Below, one piece after another: positions 23,671 through 36,885 of a stretch of 64,000 nucleotides of DNA. The DNA is taken from NCBI RefSeq assembly GCF_964213995.1, contig NC_135808.1, positions 33,542,001 to 33,606,000 of the forward strand. Direction: 5' to 3'. The notes under the pieces were generated by a model. It was not told the DNA's origin, searched no databases, and saw only the letters and a list, made by a program, of their open reading frames with translations. This stretch comes from Mustelus asterias. Taxonomy: Eukaryota. Both the position numbers and the translations under genes were made by a program. Position 1 is the stretch's first letter. The number at the start of each line of letters is the position of its first letter.

Positions 23671-26600
23671 GTCGTCTCAATGTTCGAAAGGGTAAGAGAA
23701 AAATCATTGGCAAAAAACTAGGACCAGTAACTGCATAGTAATGAGGCACAACATCAAAAGTGAGAAATGCTACATTTGAAGGAGGGAATTTGGTGATTAT
23801 TACTAATATATACAAAGCAATATGTCATTTAAAAATAAATTATTTTCTGGGCATTCCTGCTGGCAAGATTTTCCGGTCCCACCAAAGGTGTCCCCCCCGA
23901 ACCGCTCCCCCCCCCCCCCACCCACCCCTCTCCCCACCCACCTGCAGCGGGTTCTCTGGAGGCGAGGTGGACGAACCATACAAAACACCATAGACTTCGA
24001 TGGGACCAGAAGATCCCTCCAGAAAACACGCCACGAAACTACCAGAAAATTCAGGCCTGGGTTTATGAAAAAGTTGTACGATCCTCTAGAGTCACAATTT
24101 TTACAAAATTTATTTACTGGAGGTGGGCATCGCTGGCTGGGCAGCATTTATTACCATCCCTAACTGTCCTTCACTTCAGACATTCAATAGTCAATCTCAT
24201 TAGTGAACCTGATGGGTTTTTACAATAATCAACAAGGTTTATCATTAGACTTTTAACTTTTGCTGTTCGTGTGTGAGATCCTTGTGGATTGTATATCTTG
24301 GACTGTCTGACAGCTTTATGTGAGTAAGAGTTTGGAGTGATGAAAAGGTGGATTTATTCTGGGGGAGCAGAATTTTTTAGGGTCTATATGAGCGAACCTC
24401 CCTGGTGACTTCCATCAGTGTTCCATCAGACTTCTTCCATCTTGCATCAGACTTACCTGATGAAGGAGCAGCGCTCCAAAAGCTAGTGGCTTGTGCTACC
24501 AAATAAACCTGTTGGACTTTAACCTGGTGTTGTGAGACTTCTTTCTGTGACTTACATCAGACCAGTGGTGGGGTTCTGGCTCATATCCCTCGGAAAGAGC
24601 ACCTGCACCTGTCCTGGAATGTTTGGAAGGATGGTTGGATCTTCTGGCTACTATTTCCAATAGATTCTCTGCACACTTATTCACAGAGTGAATGAATGTT
24701 CAGGTGCTGGTTAAAGATGGCACCAGGATCTTCGATCCCATGAGCCAACAGTGGGGCAGACGAATCCCTGCCCTCCCTGCCATGATATTCATAGAATCAT
24801 AGAAACCCTACAGTGCAGAAAGAGGCCATCTGGCCCATCGAGTCTGCACCGACCACAATCCCACCCAGGCCCTACCCCAATATCCCTACACATTCACCCG
24901 CTAATCCCTCTAACCATCTCAGGACACTAAGGGGCAATTTTAGCATGGCCAATCAACCTAACCCGCACATCTTTGGACAATGAGCTTTTTGCTCTGCAAT
25001 GAGAAATAATGAGCTGAAAAGTGGAAAGAACCTACTCTGCAGCCCTGTGAGAAACACATTGATTTCAGCAGCTCAGACAGCATCTATAGAGAGAGCAAGA
25101 GAGTTAATGTTCCAGATTGTGATCTTCCATCAGAACTGGGAAAAAGTTAGAAATGTACAAGTTTTTATGTGGATGAAATGTGAGGGTTGGGGAGGACAAA
25201 GGGAGGCTCTGAAATAAGGCAGAAGATGGGAGACATTCGGCAGGATTATCCGCAAGCCACTCAGTTCAAGGGCAATGAAGGATGGGCTGTCCAGCGAGCA
25301 ACGCGCACATCCCATGAACGAATGAAAACAACAAATCATGGCCTAAAATTGTTGACTGAAGGATGGGTGTCTAACCTTACTGAGTAAAATGTAATATTAT
25401 GCTCCTACTAAATGCTTCATATGTTTTACTCTGATACTTTTCTCGTGCCAAATATCCATTAATGACCCTCCCAATTCCTAACTTAAATTTAAAAGCATAT
25501 TTTGAGAAATGTGTTATGACACAGACACCGAATAGGACCTTATTTTGGTCTTCAGTGTGTTGCAGCAAGCCCTGGTATTCTCACACTCTCAGACAGCAAT
25601 TTTGACTATAAAAGAAAGTTACCAAGAATAACGATTTCTGTTTAAAGTTTCTTCCAAGGAAATATGCTTCACATGTTTCACAAATGACTTGAAAAAGGAA
25701 ATTGATTATTCTGACAAATTGCTGAACAATTTAAAGGGGAAGCTGGAGAATGTTGCTTATGATGTGGATGTGATCTAGCGTTATTCGCTGGACAGCCTAT
25801 CCCTAATTGCCCTTGAACTGAGATGAATGTTGCTTATACAGGATGGTGAAACAGCACCATCTGGTGGCCGAGGCAGTCACTTCCTCTGTTCAGTGATATC
25901 TTGAAACTGGAATGTGGGAATTTGGAACTTAATTTGCCCAGAGCTCCATTTAGTAAGGAGATCCGTGATTACAAATCTGTTTCAAAATGAGTCCTACAAC
26001 CAGAGAAGTTTGAGAAATAGCTCATGCATCACCTGAACTTTGGAATGTTCTGAAACATATCGGACAATGAGTTGGATGATAAACTATGAAGCAAGTTAAT
26101 TCGGAACAACAACTTACATTTATATAGAACCTGGAAAAACTCCCAAAGTGCTCCACAGAGGAATGATGAAAGATAAAAGACACTGATCTAAATGAGGTAT
26201 GAGAAGGGGTGATCAAACTTTGGTGAATGAGGAGGATTTTGAAGAAAAATGTGGTCATCTAATACAAAATTGAAGAATAATGGAACAAAGGTGAAATGCA
26301 CAGAAAAACCAGAAAATGTGCAGAAAGTACAGAGTGGAGAGATTCTGTCTGGGTGGATGCGAGGCCGTAAGTTATGGTGAGTCGTTCAAAACTCCACTGA
26401 TTTCAGCGGGACTGGAAAGTTCCACCAGCAGGAGCAGGCTATAATGTTACACCCATAGAATAATAACCATGGGAATATCAAGTATCTGATATCAATTAGC
26501 CTGAAGAGAATATGGTAAAGAGGATGAGATAGTGCAGAACTCTTTTATTACCTAATATTTAGGAAGCCCAACAAGAGAGGATTAATCACTGGATCTAGTA

Positions 26601-27329
26601 ATGGGAAGTGAACCAAAACAGATAAATATGTGAAAGTTGGAGAACACTTGAGCAATAGTGACCATAATCGAATACAGCTTCAGGAATAATAGTTAATGAT
26701 ATAAGCATGGCTAAAACCAGTGCAACTGATTAGAGTAGAGTTGATTTGAAATTTTGAGGATAGAATTTTTGGAAAAATGTAACAGACAAGAATATTGACT
26801 GCACTCTTAATACCTGACACAGTTGCTACTGTGTCTCCTTTTCAGTGCTGTTCCGAGGTTCAGTATCTCTGTTGAGCAGAGTTTGGCAAGATTGTCCAGT
26901 ACATCTGCCCTGCTGTCCCAGTCATCTCTGACTGCTTCAGTTACTTGCACAGTGAAGGTCACCACATGCTGTCCCATCCATCTCAGTAAGAGGTCCAGTG
27001 GAAGTGTCAGTATCAATCAATGGACCTAATTGATGTTGCTGAAAGTGATGCAAGGGGAATAGTGCTGTGAATGCTGTTGGATTGAAAAGAGGGTGCATTG
27101 CAGGATTTGGGTCATTAGTGGCTTTGTCGCCTGACATCACCTAGTCCGACCCTCCAAACATGTCACTGGATCAATATCAAAGCCTGAGTGTTAATTAGAT
27201 ATTAACCAGTGGTGGACATTAACTGGGGATTCACTTGTAGTTCTCCCTATAAGAGCAGAGTGAAACTCTGGTTATTGGGTTGGGATGTGCATATTTGTGC
27301 TGTGTACCTCTGTAAATAAAAACTTATAA

Positions 27330-28200
27330 AGATATTTCTCCAAAAAAAATTTGAAGTGTCGAACTCACGTAAAAACTGGAGTAAATCCCACTGTTTTTTT
27401 CAGTGGGAGTTTAAACAAGAATCTCCCACACTCTATGCACTGCAGGGTGCACTAGCATGAATCATGTTAAAATGCTGGGGACAGGGCCTATTGCTGCCAG
27501 CAGCATAGCGCTGAGCAGGCCACTGTGCAAAAATCTGTCTGTGCCAAGATCAGCACATGCACAGTGGCCCTGTCTGCTGGCCTACTGATTGCTGGCCCAC
27601 CCAATCGCTGGTTAGCCATGCGATCCCACAATGCCGGCCACCCCCACACCACCACCACCACCCCCCCCACCCCCGCCGACCCCAATGGCCCAATTGCTGG
27701 TTTCCCAGACATTTTCAGGCCCAGCCAAACCCCCTCCCCCCCCTCTTCCGGATCGCCAGCCCGGATCGCTGACCTCCCTCCCTTCCCCACCGATCCTGTC
27801 TGCAGAGTGGGAGCGAAATCCCTCACCCCCACCGATCACCCTCCAGAGGCCCAGCCTCCCCATTAGACCCCACCCACTTGGCACAGCCCCAGCCTGGTGG
27901 GCAGTGCAAAGATGCCTCCTGGGCATTGGCACTTTGCCCCTTGGGCAGTGCCAGGGGGCCCAGGCTGGCACTGCCAAGGTGTCAATCCAAGGGAGCACCC
28001 CCAACCCCAGTGCCCAATCCTCTTCACTCCAGCGGGGTCAGGCCACCAGCTCCATGTTAGTGGGAGCTATATTAAACCCCATTGGAGTGAAACACTCCTG
28101 GCAGAAGGGAGAGGCTAGCTGGTCTGGAGACTTCAGTCCCAGGCCTGCTAATTGCATTTAGATCATATTAAAATGAGCAGCTGAAAATATTATGCAGCTA
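27330..28200. mobile_element. Harbinger-like MITE (same family as 19462-20455)
   Basis: 27335-27445 is the reverse complement of about 20340-20450; GC-rich interior. Confidence 0.7.
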
Positions 28201-28679
28201 AATCGGCGGAGAGCTGATGGTACCGGAAATCCGACGCTGGGAGACACGCGGAGCCCCCAACGCGAATTGCACAAATTGACCACCAATATACAGTTAGAGT
28301 CTGGACTATTAAAATACAGCCTAGAGAAAAAAAAAACTAAGGGAACGGGGTGTTTCCCAGGGTCCAGGAAAAACCTGGATCTTAAAAAATAGATCGAGGC
28401 CATTTTGGGACCCAATCAGGAAGCACTTTCACAGTCATCACATGGAGGGTCATGGAAATGTGGAATTCACCCTCACGCAATAGGTGCTAAGGTTCAATTA
28501 GGCTAATTGGTATATCCTTCAATTTCTATCTCTCTTGAATGTTTGTAGCTTCTACTGAAATGTATCTATACACCATGGCAGAGCAATTTCTATGTACAAT
28601 TCATTCTCTGGGTAAAGCAGCTTAGAGAAAAAAAACTAAGAGAACTAAGGGTGTTTCCCGAGGTCCAGGAAAAACACGG

Positions 28680-29150
28680 AGGGCAATTGTCGCACCAGTG
28701 CGGAAGGGGGGGGGGGTGCCTGGGATCTGGTTTGGGATGAAATGGGGATGCAGCTGCTACGAATCCTGAGGGGCCCCCAGCTTCGAGGCATGGGATCCCC
28801 TCTGATAGTACTGTCAGGAACATTGGCAGGGAGGATCAACCCATAAGGCGGTGGGGGTTTTTGTGTGGCCTCAGCTGGACTCGATTGTGAGACCGGTAAA
28901 GGAGGATAGGGGGGGCGACCAATCTTCCTCCTCATCATCCTGCTCAGCAGGATGTTTGTTTGTGAGGACGCTGCGCAACCAAGATCTTGGCTTTAAATCT
29001 CCCTTACAATTCCTTCGCTCCTCAGACCTTCTAGCAGTCTCTATACCCATTTTCCTGGACTCATCCAACCGCTTCTGCATCTCCATTGGCCACTGCAAAT
29101 ATGCAGACCATCCCACGTGATAAATTTTTCCAAGCACTCCAGGAAAATTC
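28680..29150 (-). mobile_element. Possible endogenous retrovirus gag N-terminal fragment
   Basis: Two overlapping minus ORFs join by one frameshift into ...DDEEEDWSPP/YPPLP...KPPPPYG...PISSQTRSQ...RQLP, containing a PPPY late-domain-like motif. Confidence 0.4.
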
Positions 29151-29353
29151 TCTGTTGATGCACAGCTGAGAAGATGGGGTATCAGTTTAACATCTCATCA
29201 CATCCAAACAAAATCAGCTTTAATAAAGAAATACTAGATTATGTGCTCAAGGGTCAGGAGGGGGCTTGAACCCACCAACTCCTAACTGAGATTGCAGTGT
29301 GTGAACACTGAGCACAGTCTTCATTGAAGAGCCAATATGGAAGTTAAAGTAAA

Positions 29354-30233
29354 TGTGATGCTACTGTTCCTTTAAGAAATGTATTTACTTAAAATCAAGT
29401 TCTCTGCAGATCATAAGCAGGTTTTGTTTTCATTGTTGCTGATCTGTCTGCTAGAAATCCTTTTATTGCTGCTTCAATTGTTTAAATAGGGTTTTGTTTA
29501 TTTTTACTCTGGGCCTCGGATATTTTCTGGGATTTTTTATGACCCTGCATTGTTAGGGGAAGAATGATTGACAGGTCAAGTGACAGGAGTTCTTTCATTT
29601 TCAGTTTGGGCTGTTTCATTTTAGTTAGAAGGTGTTTGGACATCAGCCTGAAAAGCAGTGTTCCCTCTCTCTCTGGTATTGTAAATTCAGCTTGCTAGCT
29701 GGAAGCAGGCCTCCTTGCCTTCCTGGAGTGAAAATTCTGCTGTTGGTGGTTTGCTAGCTAGTACCTGGAGTCTCTTTCTCGCCCCCTGGGGTTTTGGGAA
29801 ACTATTCTGACTTCAAGCTTGTCTGTGTATATGTCAAGAGGGCTGCTGGAAATTATAAGGCTGGGAAGTCAAAGTTTCAATTCTCTAACCAAAGGACTAA
29901 GTACCAGCATCACGTGAGCATTTGTATTTTCTGTGCTAAACTTGTGGCAAGGGGTATTTATAGGGAAGTGTTTGATTGGAACATTTCATATACTTGTCAA
30001 GGGTTGTATACTATCATGGATTTTTTTTCTTGTTTGCAATTGGTAAAAGATATTGCTATGTGTTAACTGTATTCTTAAATGAACTTTGTTTGCTAAAAGC
30101 TCCCTCATGGGTCAGTTGAATCATACCTGAAGTGAAACATCTCATGCTTACCCTAGTCAAATTCAAATTGCAAAACCTATGATCCAGGCGGACTTCATAA
30201 AACACTTTGGAGTTTCTGACCTGAATTATAACA
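29354..30233. mobile_element. Probable solo LTR
   Basis: TGTGAT...ATAACA termini, about 880 bp, with near-identical 4-bp flanks TAAA/CAAA and no coding signal. Confidence 0.5.
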
Positions 30234-30299
30234 CAAATACTACATAAAATTACCAACTTACATTATCTATCTGGTCAGCTCTGCTGGTGACTGTGAAAG

Positions 30300-30635
30300 T
30301 ATCTCCCACCCCTCCCACTTCCCACTTCCTCATCCTGCACTTCCTCCTCAAATTACTCCTCCATTTCTTCCTCTTCCTTTCCCCTTCAAATTCCTCTTCC
30401 CCGTCCTCTTACATTCCCCCTCCACTTTCCTTCATTTCCTCCTCCTTTCCCCTCTCTTTCTCCTATCTCTCCTCCAGACCACCAGATTCACTTCCTCCAT
30501 TTCTACTTCCTGCCCCATTTCCTCTTTCGCCACTCCCTTCTCCTCTTCTTCTGCCTCCACCACCTCTCCCTCCTCCCCTTGCCCCCTTCACTTCCTCCTT
30601 CTCCCTTCCACCACCTTCACTTTCTCCTCCTCCAG
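30300..30635. repeat. Polypyrimidine (CCT/CTT-rich) low-complexity tract
   Basis: Almost entirely C/T on the + strand. Confidence 0.85.
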
Positions 30636-31423
30636 CTTGGAGATTCGCCAGAATGAAACCAATCTCAGAAGATTGATGATGATGACAGATTGCATGGATT
30701 AATTGCATTTCCTTGAGTACAAGAAGATTGAAGAATAATTGATTGAGGAGATTAATATGTTACAGAAAATCACTAGTGTTGATGTAGAGAAACTATTTCC
30801 TCTAGTGGTGGAGTCCAGATCAAGGAGACAGAATCTTAAAAAATAAATCGAGGCCATTTTGGGACCCAATCAGGAAGCACTTTCACAGTCATCACATGGA
30901 GGGTCATGGAAATGTGGAATTCACTCTCATGCAATAGGTGCTAAAGTTCAATAAGGCTAATTGGTATATCCTTCAATTCCTATCTCCCTTAAATGTTTGT
31001 AGCTTCTACTGAAATGTATCTATACACCATGGCAGAGCAATTTCTATGTACAGTTCATTCTCTGGGTAAAGCAGTTCCTCCTGTTTGCCTGCCTGGTTGG
31101 ATAAATTACTAATTATGTTTATGGCTCTAGTCCTGGATTCCCCACATTCCATGTTTATAATATCACAAAGTAATGGAAACTAACTGCAGCCCTGCATCGC
31201 CAAATAGTGGTGCTTCTCTGATCTAAAATAGCAACATGCTTCAACTTCCCTCCTTACAATTTCTTAATCATATTCAGCAATAACCATAATAATCAATTTC
31301 CTTTTTAAAATCATGGATAATTATATGAATTATGCTTTCTTTTCAAATTTTAAAAGTATGACTCTTAAAATAAATTGTTGTTCTTGATGGATTTGCTTCA
31401 GAATTTAGAGTTTAAAACTTATT

Positions 31424-32050
31424 CATAGAATTATAGAATCCCTACAGTGCAGAAGGAGGCCATTTGGCCAATCAAGTCTGCACTGACCACAATCCCGCCG
31501 AGGCCCTATTCCCGTAACCCCACATATTTACCCTGCTAATCCCCTGACACTAGGGTCAATTTAGCATGGCCAATCAACCTAGCCTGCACATCTTTGGACT
31601 GTGGGAGGAAACTGGACCACCCGGAGGAAACCCACACAGACACGGGGAGAATGTGCAAACTCCACATAGTGACCCGAGGCCGGAATTGAACCCAAGTCCT
31701 TGGGGCTCTGAGGAAGCTATGCTAACCACTGTGCCACCATACCGCCCACAATTGGACACAGGTGGACACTGGACACTAGACCATTGGACACCAGATGACA
31801 GTTAGCACTCCTACCTCACAGAGTCAGGGAACCGCATTCAATTCCAGCCTTGGGTGACTGCCTGTGTGGAGTTTGCACGTTCTCCCCATGTCTGCGTGGG
31901 TTTCCTCCAGGTGCTCTGGTTTCCTCCCACAGTCCAAAAATGTACAGGTTAGGTGGATCGGCCATGGGAAACGCACAGAGTTACAGGAAAAGAGCAGAGG
32001 GGACGGTCTGGGTGAGATGATCTTTTGGAGAGTCACTGCAGGGTCATAGA
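31424..32050. mobile_element. Two HE1 SINEs head-to-head (31424-31748 minus; about 31800-32050 plus)
   Basis: HE1 consensus in both orientations, separated by short GGACAC repeats. Confidence 0.85.
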
Positions 32051-32549
32051 GTCTTAGAGGTTTACAGCATGGAAACAGACCCTTCAGCCCAACTTGTCCA
32101 TGCCGTCCCTTTTTTCAACCACTAAGCTAGTCCCAATTGCCCGCGTTTGGCCCATATCCTTCTATACCCATCTTACCCATGTAATTGTCTAAACGCTTTT
32201 TAAAAAGACAAAATCATACCCGCCTCTACCACTACCTGTGGCAGTTTGTTCCAGACACTCACCGCCCTCTGTGTGAAAAGAATGCCCCCCTCTGGAACCA
32301 TTTGTATCTCTCCCCTCTCACCTTAAACTTATGCCCTCTAGTTTTAGATTCCCCTACCTTTAGGAAAAGATATTGACTATCTAGCTGATCTATGCTCCCC
32401 CCTCCCCCCCCCATTTATTTTACAGATCTCTATAAGATTACCCCTCAGCCTCCCAAGCTCCAGGAGAAAAAGTCCCAGTCTATCCAGCCTCTCCTTATAA
32501 TTCAAACTGGACCGCATGAGGGGATGCTATTGGATGTATATTTGGAGAT

Positions 32550-35500
32550 GGGAGGCGATGGCCTACTGGTATTATCACTTGACTATTAATCCAGAAACCC
32601 AGATAATGTTCTAGGGACCTGGGTTCGAATCCCGCCACGGCAGATGGTGAATTTGAATTCAATAAAAAAATATCTGGAATTGAGAGTCTGCTGATGACCA
32701 TGAAACCATTGTCGATTGACAGAAAAACCCATCTGGTTCACTAATGTCCTTTAGGGAAGGAAATCTGCCGCCCTTACCTGGTCTGGCCTCCATGTGACTC
32801 CAGAGCCACAGCAATGTGGTTGACTCTCAACTGCCCTCTGAAATGGCCTAGCAAGCCTCTCAGTTGTAACAATCGCTACAAAGTCTCAACAAAGAAATAA
32901 AACCGGGCAGACCACCTGGCATCGACCTCGGCACCGGAAAAGACAACGGCAAAACAAACAGCCCTGTCGACGCTGCAAAGTCCTCCTTACTAACAGCTGG
33001 GGGTTAGTGCTAAAATTGGGAGAGCTGTCTCACAGACTAGTCATTCTCATGGAATCATACGTTACAGATAACACCCCAGACACCACCATTACCATCCCTG
33101 GATATGTCCTGTCCCACCGGCAGGACAGACCCAGCAGAGGTGGTGGCACAGTAGTATACAATTAGGAGGGAGTTGCCCTGGGAGTCCTTAACATTGACTC
33201 CAGACCCCATGAAGTCTCATGGCTTCAGGTTAAACATGGGCAAGGAAACCTCTTACTGGTTACCACGTACCATCCTCCTTCGGCTGATGAATCAGTATTC
33301 CTCCATGTCGAACAACACTTGGAGGAAGCACTGAGGGTGGCAAGGGTGCAAAATGTACTCTGGGTGGGAGATTTCAATGTCCACCACCAAGAGTGGCTCG
33401 GCAGCAGCACTACTGATCGAGCTGGTCAGGTCCTAAAGGATATAGACTAGGTCTGCAGCAGGTAGTGAAGGAACCAACAAGAGGAAATAATATGCTTGAC
33501 CTCATCCTCACCAACCTGCCGGCTGCAGATGCATCTGTCCATGATAGTATCGGTAAGAGTGACCACCGACAGTCCCTGTGGAGACGAAGTCCTGACTTCA
33601 TATTGAGAATAACCTCCATTGTGTTGTGTGGCACTATCACCGTGCTAAATGGGACAGACTTCGAACCGATTTAGCAACTCAAGACTGGGCATCCATGAAG
33701 CGCTGGGGGCCGTCAACAGCAGTGGAACTGTACCCCAGCACAATCTGCAACCTCATGGTGCGGCATATCCCCCGCTCAACCATTACCATCAAGCCAGGGG
33801 ATCAACCCTGGTTCAATGGAGAGTGCAGGAAGGCATGCCAGGATCAGCACCAGGCATACCTAAAAATGAACTGTCAACCTGTTAAAGCTGCCAAATAGGA
33901 CTACTTACATGCTCAATGGCAAAAACAGCAAGTGATAGACAGGGCTAAGCGATCCCACAACCAACGGACCAGATCTAATCTCTGTAGTTCTTCCACATCC
34001 AGTCGAGAGTGGTGGTGGACAACTCACTGCAGGAAGAGACTCCACAAATATCCCTATCCTCAATGATGGAGGAGCCCAGCACATCAGTGCAAAAGATAAG
34101 GCTGAAGTATTCGCAGCAATCTTCAGCCAGAAGTGACGAGTGGATGATCCATCTTGGTCTTCTCCAGTGGTCCCCAGCATCTCAGATTCCAATCTCCAAC
34201 CAATTTGATTCACTCCACGTGATATCAAGAAACGGTTGGAGGCACTGGATACTGCAAAGGCAATAGGCCCTGATAACATTCCGGCAATAGTACTGAAGAC
34301 TTGTGCTCCAGAACTTGTCGCTCCCCTCGCTAAGCTCTTCCAATACAGTTACAACACTGGCATCTACTAACAATGTGGAAAATTGCCAGGTATGTCCTGT
34401 ACACACAAAGCAGGACAAATCCAATCCAGCCAATTAGAGCCCAATCAGTCTACTCTCGATCATCAGTAAAGTGATGGAAGGAGTCATCAACAGTGTTATC
34501 AAGCAGCACCTGCTCAGCAATAACCTGCTCAGTGACACCCAGTTTGGGTTTCGCCAGGGTCACTCAGCTCCTGACCTTATTACAGCCTTGGTTCAAACAT
34601 GGACAAAAGAGCTGAATTCCAGAGGTGAGGTGAGAGTGACCTTGACATCAAGGCCGCATTCGACCGAGTGTGGCATCAAGGAGCCCTTGCAAAACTGGAA
34701 TCATTCGGTATCAGGGGGCAAACTCTCCGCTGGTTGGAGTCATACCTGGTACATAGGAAAATGGTTGTGGTTGTGGAGGGTCAGTTATCTCAGCTCAATG
34801 ACATCTCTGCAGGAGTCCCTCAGGGTAGTGTCCGAGGCCCAACAATCTTCAGCTGCTTCATCAATGATCTTTCTTCCATCTTAAGGTCAGAAGTGGGGAT
34901 ATTCGTCGATGATTGCACAATGTTCAGTATCATTTGCGACTCCTCAGATACTGAAGCAGTCCATATTCTTATGCAACAAGATCTGGACAATATCCAGGCT
35001 TGAGTTGACAAGTGGCAAGTAACATTTGTGCCACACAAATGCCAGGCACTGACCATCACCAATAAGACACACTCTAACCACCACCCCTTAACATTCAATG
35101 GTGTAACCATCACTGAATTCCGCCACTGTCAACATCATTGGGATCACCATTGACCAGAAACTTAACTGGATTCACCACATAAACACAGCTACAAGAGCAG
35201 GTCAGAGGCTAGGTATACTGCAGTGAGTAACTCACCTCCTGACTCCCCAGAGTCTGTCCACCATCTACAAGGCACAAGTCAGGAATGTGATGGAATATTT
35301 CCCACTTGCCTGGATGGGTGCAGCTCCAACAGCACTCGAGAAGCTTGACACTGTCCAGGACAAAGCAACCTATTTGGCACTACATCTACAAACATTCAAT
35401 CCCTCCACCACCGACACTCAGTAGCAGCAGTGTGTACTATCTGCAAGATGCACTGCAGCAATTCACCAAAGATCCTTCGACAGCACCTTACAAAACCATG

Positions 35501-35778
35501 ACCACTTCCATCTAGAAGGACAAGAGCAGCAGATAAATGGGAACACCACCACCTGCAAGCCACTCACTATCCTGACTTGGAAATATATCGCCGTTCCTTC
35601 GAAGTCGCTGGGTCAAAATCCTGGAATTCCCTTCCGAACGGCATTATGGGTCAACCCACAGAACATGGACTGCAGCAATTCAAGAAGGCAGCTCACCACC
35701 ACCTTCTCAAGGGCAACTAGGGATGGGCAGTAAATGCTGGCCAGCCAGTGACACCCATGTCCCACATATGAGTAAAAA
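32550..35778 (+). mobile_element. Near full-length degraded CR1-group LINE (APE + RT) with a tRNA-like 5' head
   Basis: WVGDFNVHH, PTRGNNMLDLILTN, SDH, GVPQGSVRGP and FVDD motifs; A-rich tail at about 35773; multiple stops and frameshifts. Confidence 0.9.
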
Positions 35779-36164
35779 AAAAATATTTTACCACTTTCCA
35801 ACTTCCAGAGTTTGCTGCAACATGTTGAAATGTAAGGGGTTCTCTTCAGCACCTGGGCCAGGTGACATTATCAGATATAATGCATTTACAATCACATTCT
35901 GGTTGCAGGCATTTGGGCTCACTAATGGACTGATTTTTGAGATTGACATAAAAACGTATTAGGTTCTTGATATGAAATAATATTACATATTACTTAGTGA
36001 GGTTAGACACAAATCCTTGGTCACTGAAATCTACACATCCTTGCCCAGATATTTCGTTGTTATTAAGGCTTAATTAAATAATTTATTTAATTGATGAGCA
36101 GGTGATAGCTTATTAAAATTATGAGATATCAAAGCAATTACTTGATAAAGTACATTAAATGACA

Positions 36165-36885
36165 TTTGGTCCATCAGAAGGTCAGAAGTAGGGATGTTTG
36201 CTGATGATTGCACAATGTTAAGCACCATTCGTAATTTATCAGACACTGAAGCAGTCAATGGCCATATGCAGCAAGACCTGGCTAATATCCAAGCTTGAAC
36301 TGACAAGTGGCAAATACATTCATGCCACACAGGTGCCAGGTAATGACATCTCCAACAAGAGAGCATCCAAACATCTCATGACATTCAATGGCACTAGTTT
36401 CACTGAATCCCTTACAATTAACATCCTGGAGATTACCATTGACCAGAAATTTAACTGTACTAGCCAAATAAATACTGTGGCTACAAGATCAGGTCAAAGG
36501 CTAGGAATTCTGTGGGCAAGTAATTCACCTCTTGACTCTCTGAAGCCTACCCACCATCTACAAGGCAGAAGTCAGGGGTGTGAAGGAATATTCTCCACTT
36601 GCCTGGATGAGCGAAACTCCCAACAACATTCAAGAAGTTCAACGCCATCCAGGACAAAGCATTCTGCTTGATTAGCATCCCATCCACAAACATTCACTCC
36701 CTCCACCACAGACGCACAGCAGCAGAAGTGTGTATCATCTACAAGCTGCACTGCAGGAACTCACCAAGGTTTCTTTTGACTGCACCTTCCAAATCCATAA
36801 CCTCTTCCACTTAGAAGGACAAGGGTAGCAGATGCATGGGAACAACAACACCTGCATGTTCCCGCCAAGCCACTCACTATCCTTA
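36165..36885 (+). mobile_element. 3' fragment of the same CR1-group LINE family
   Basis: Collinear similarity to 34880-35575. Confidence 0.8.

Noticed and set aside
30287-30708. Pro/Ser-rich or Gly/Arg-rich ORFs
   Set aside because: Artefacts of a polypyrimidine low-complexity tract.
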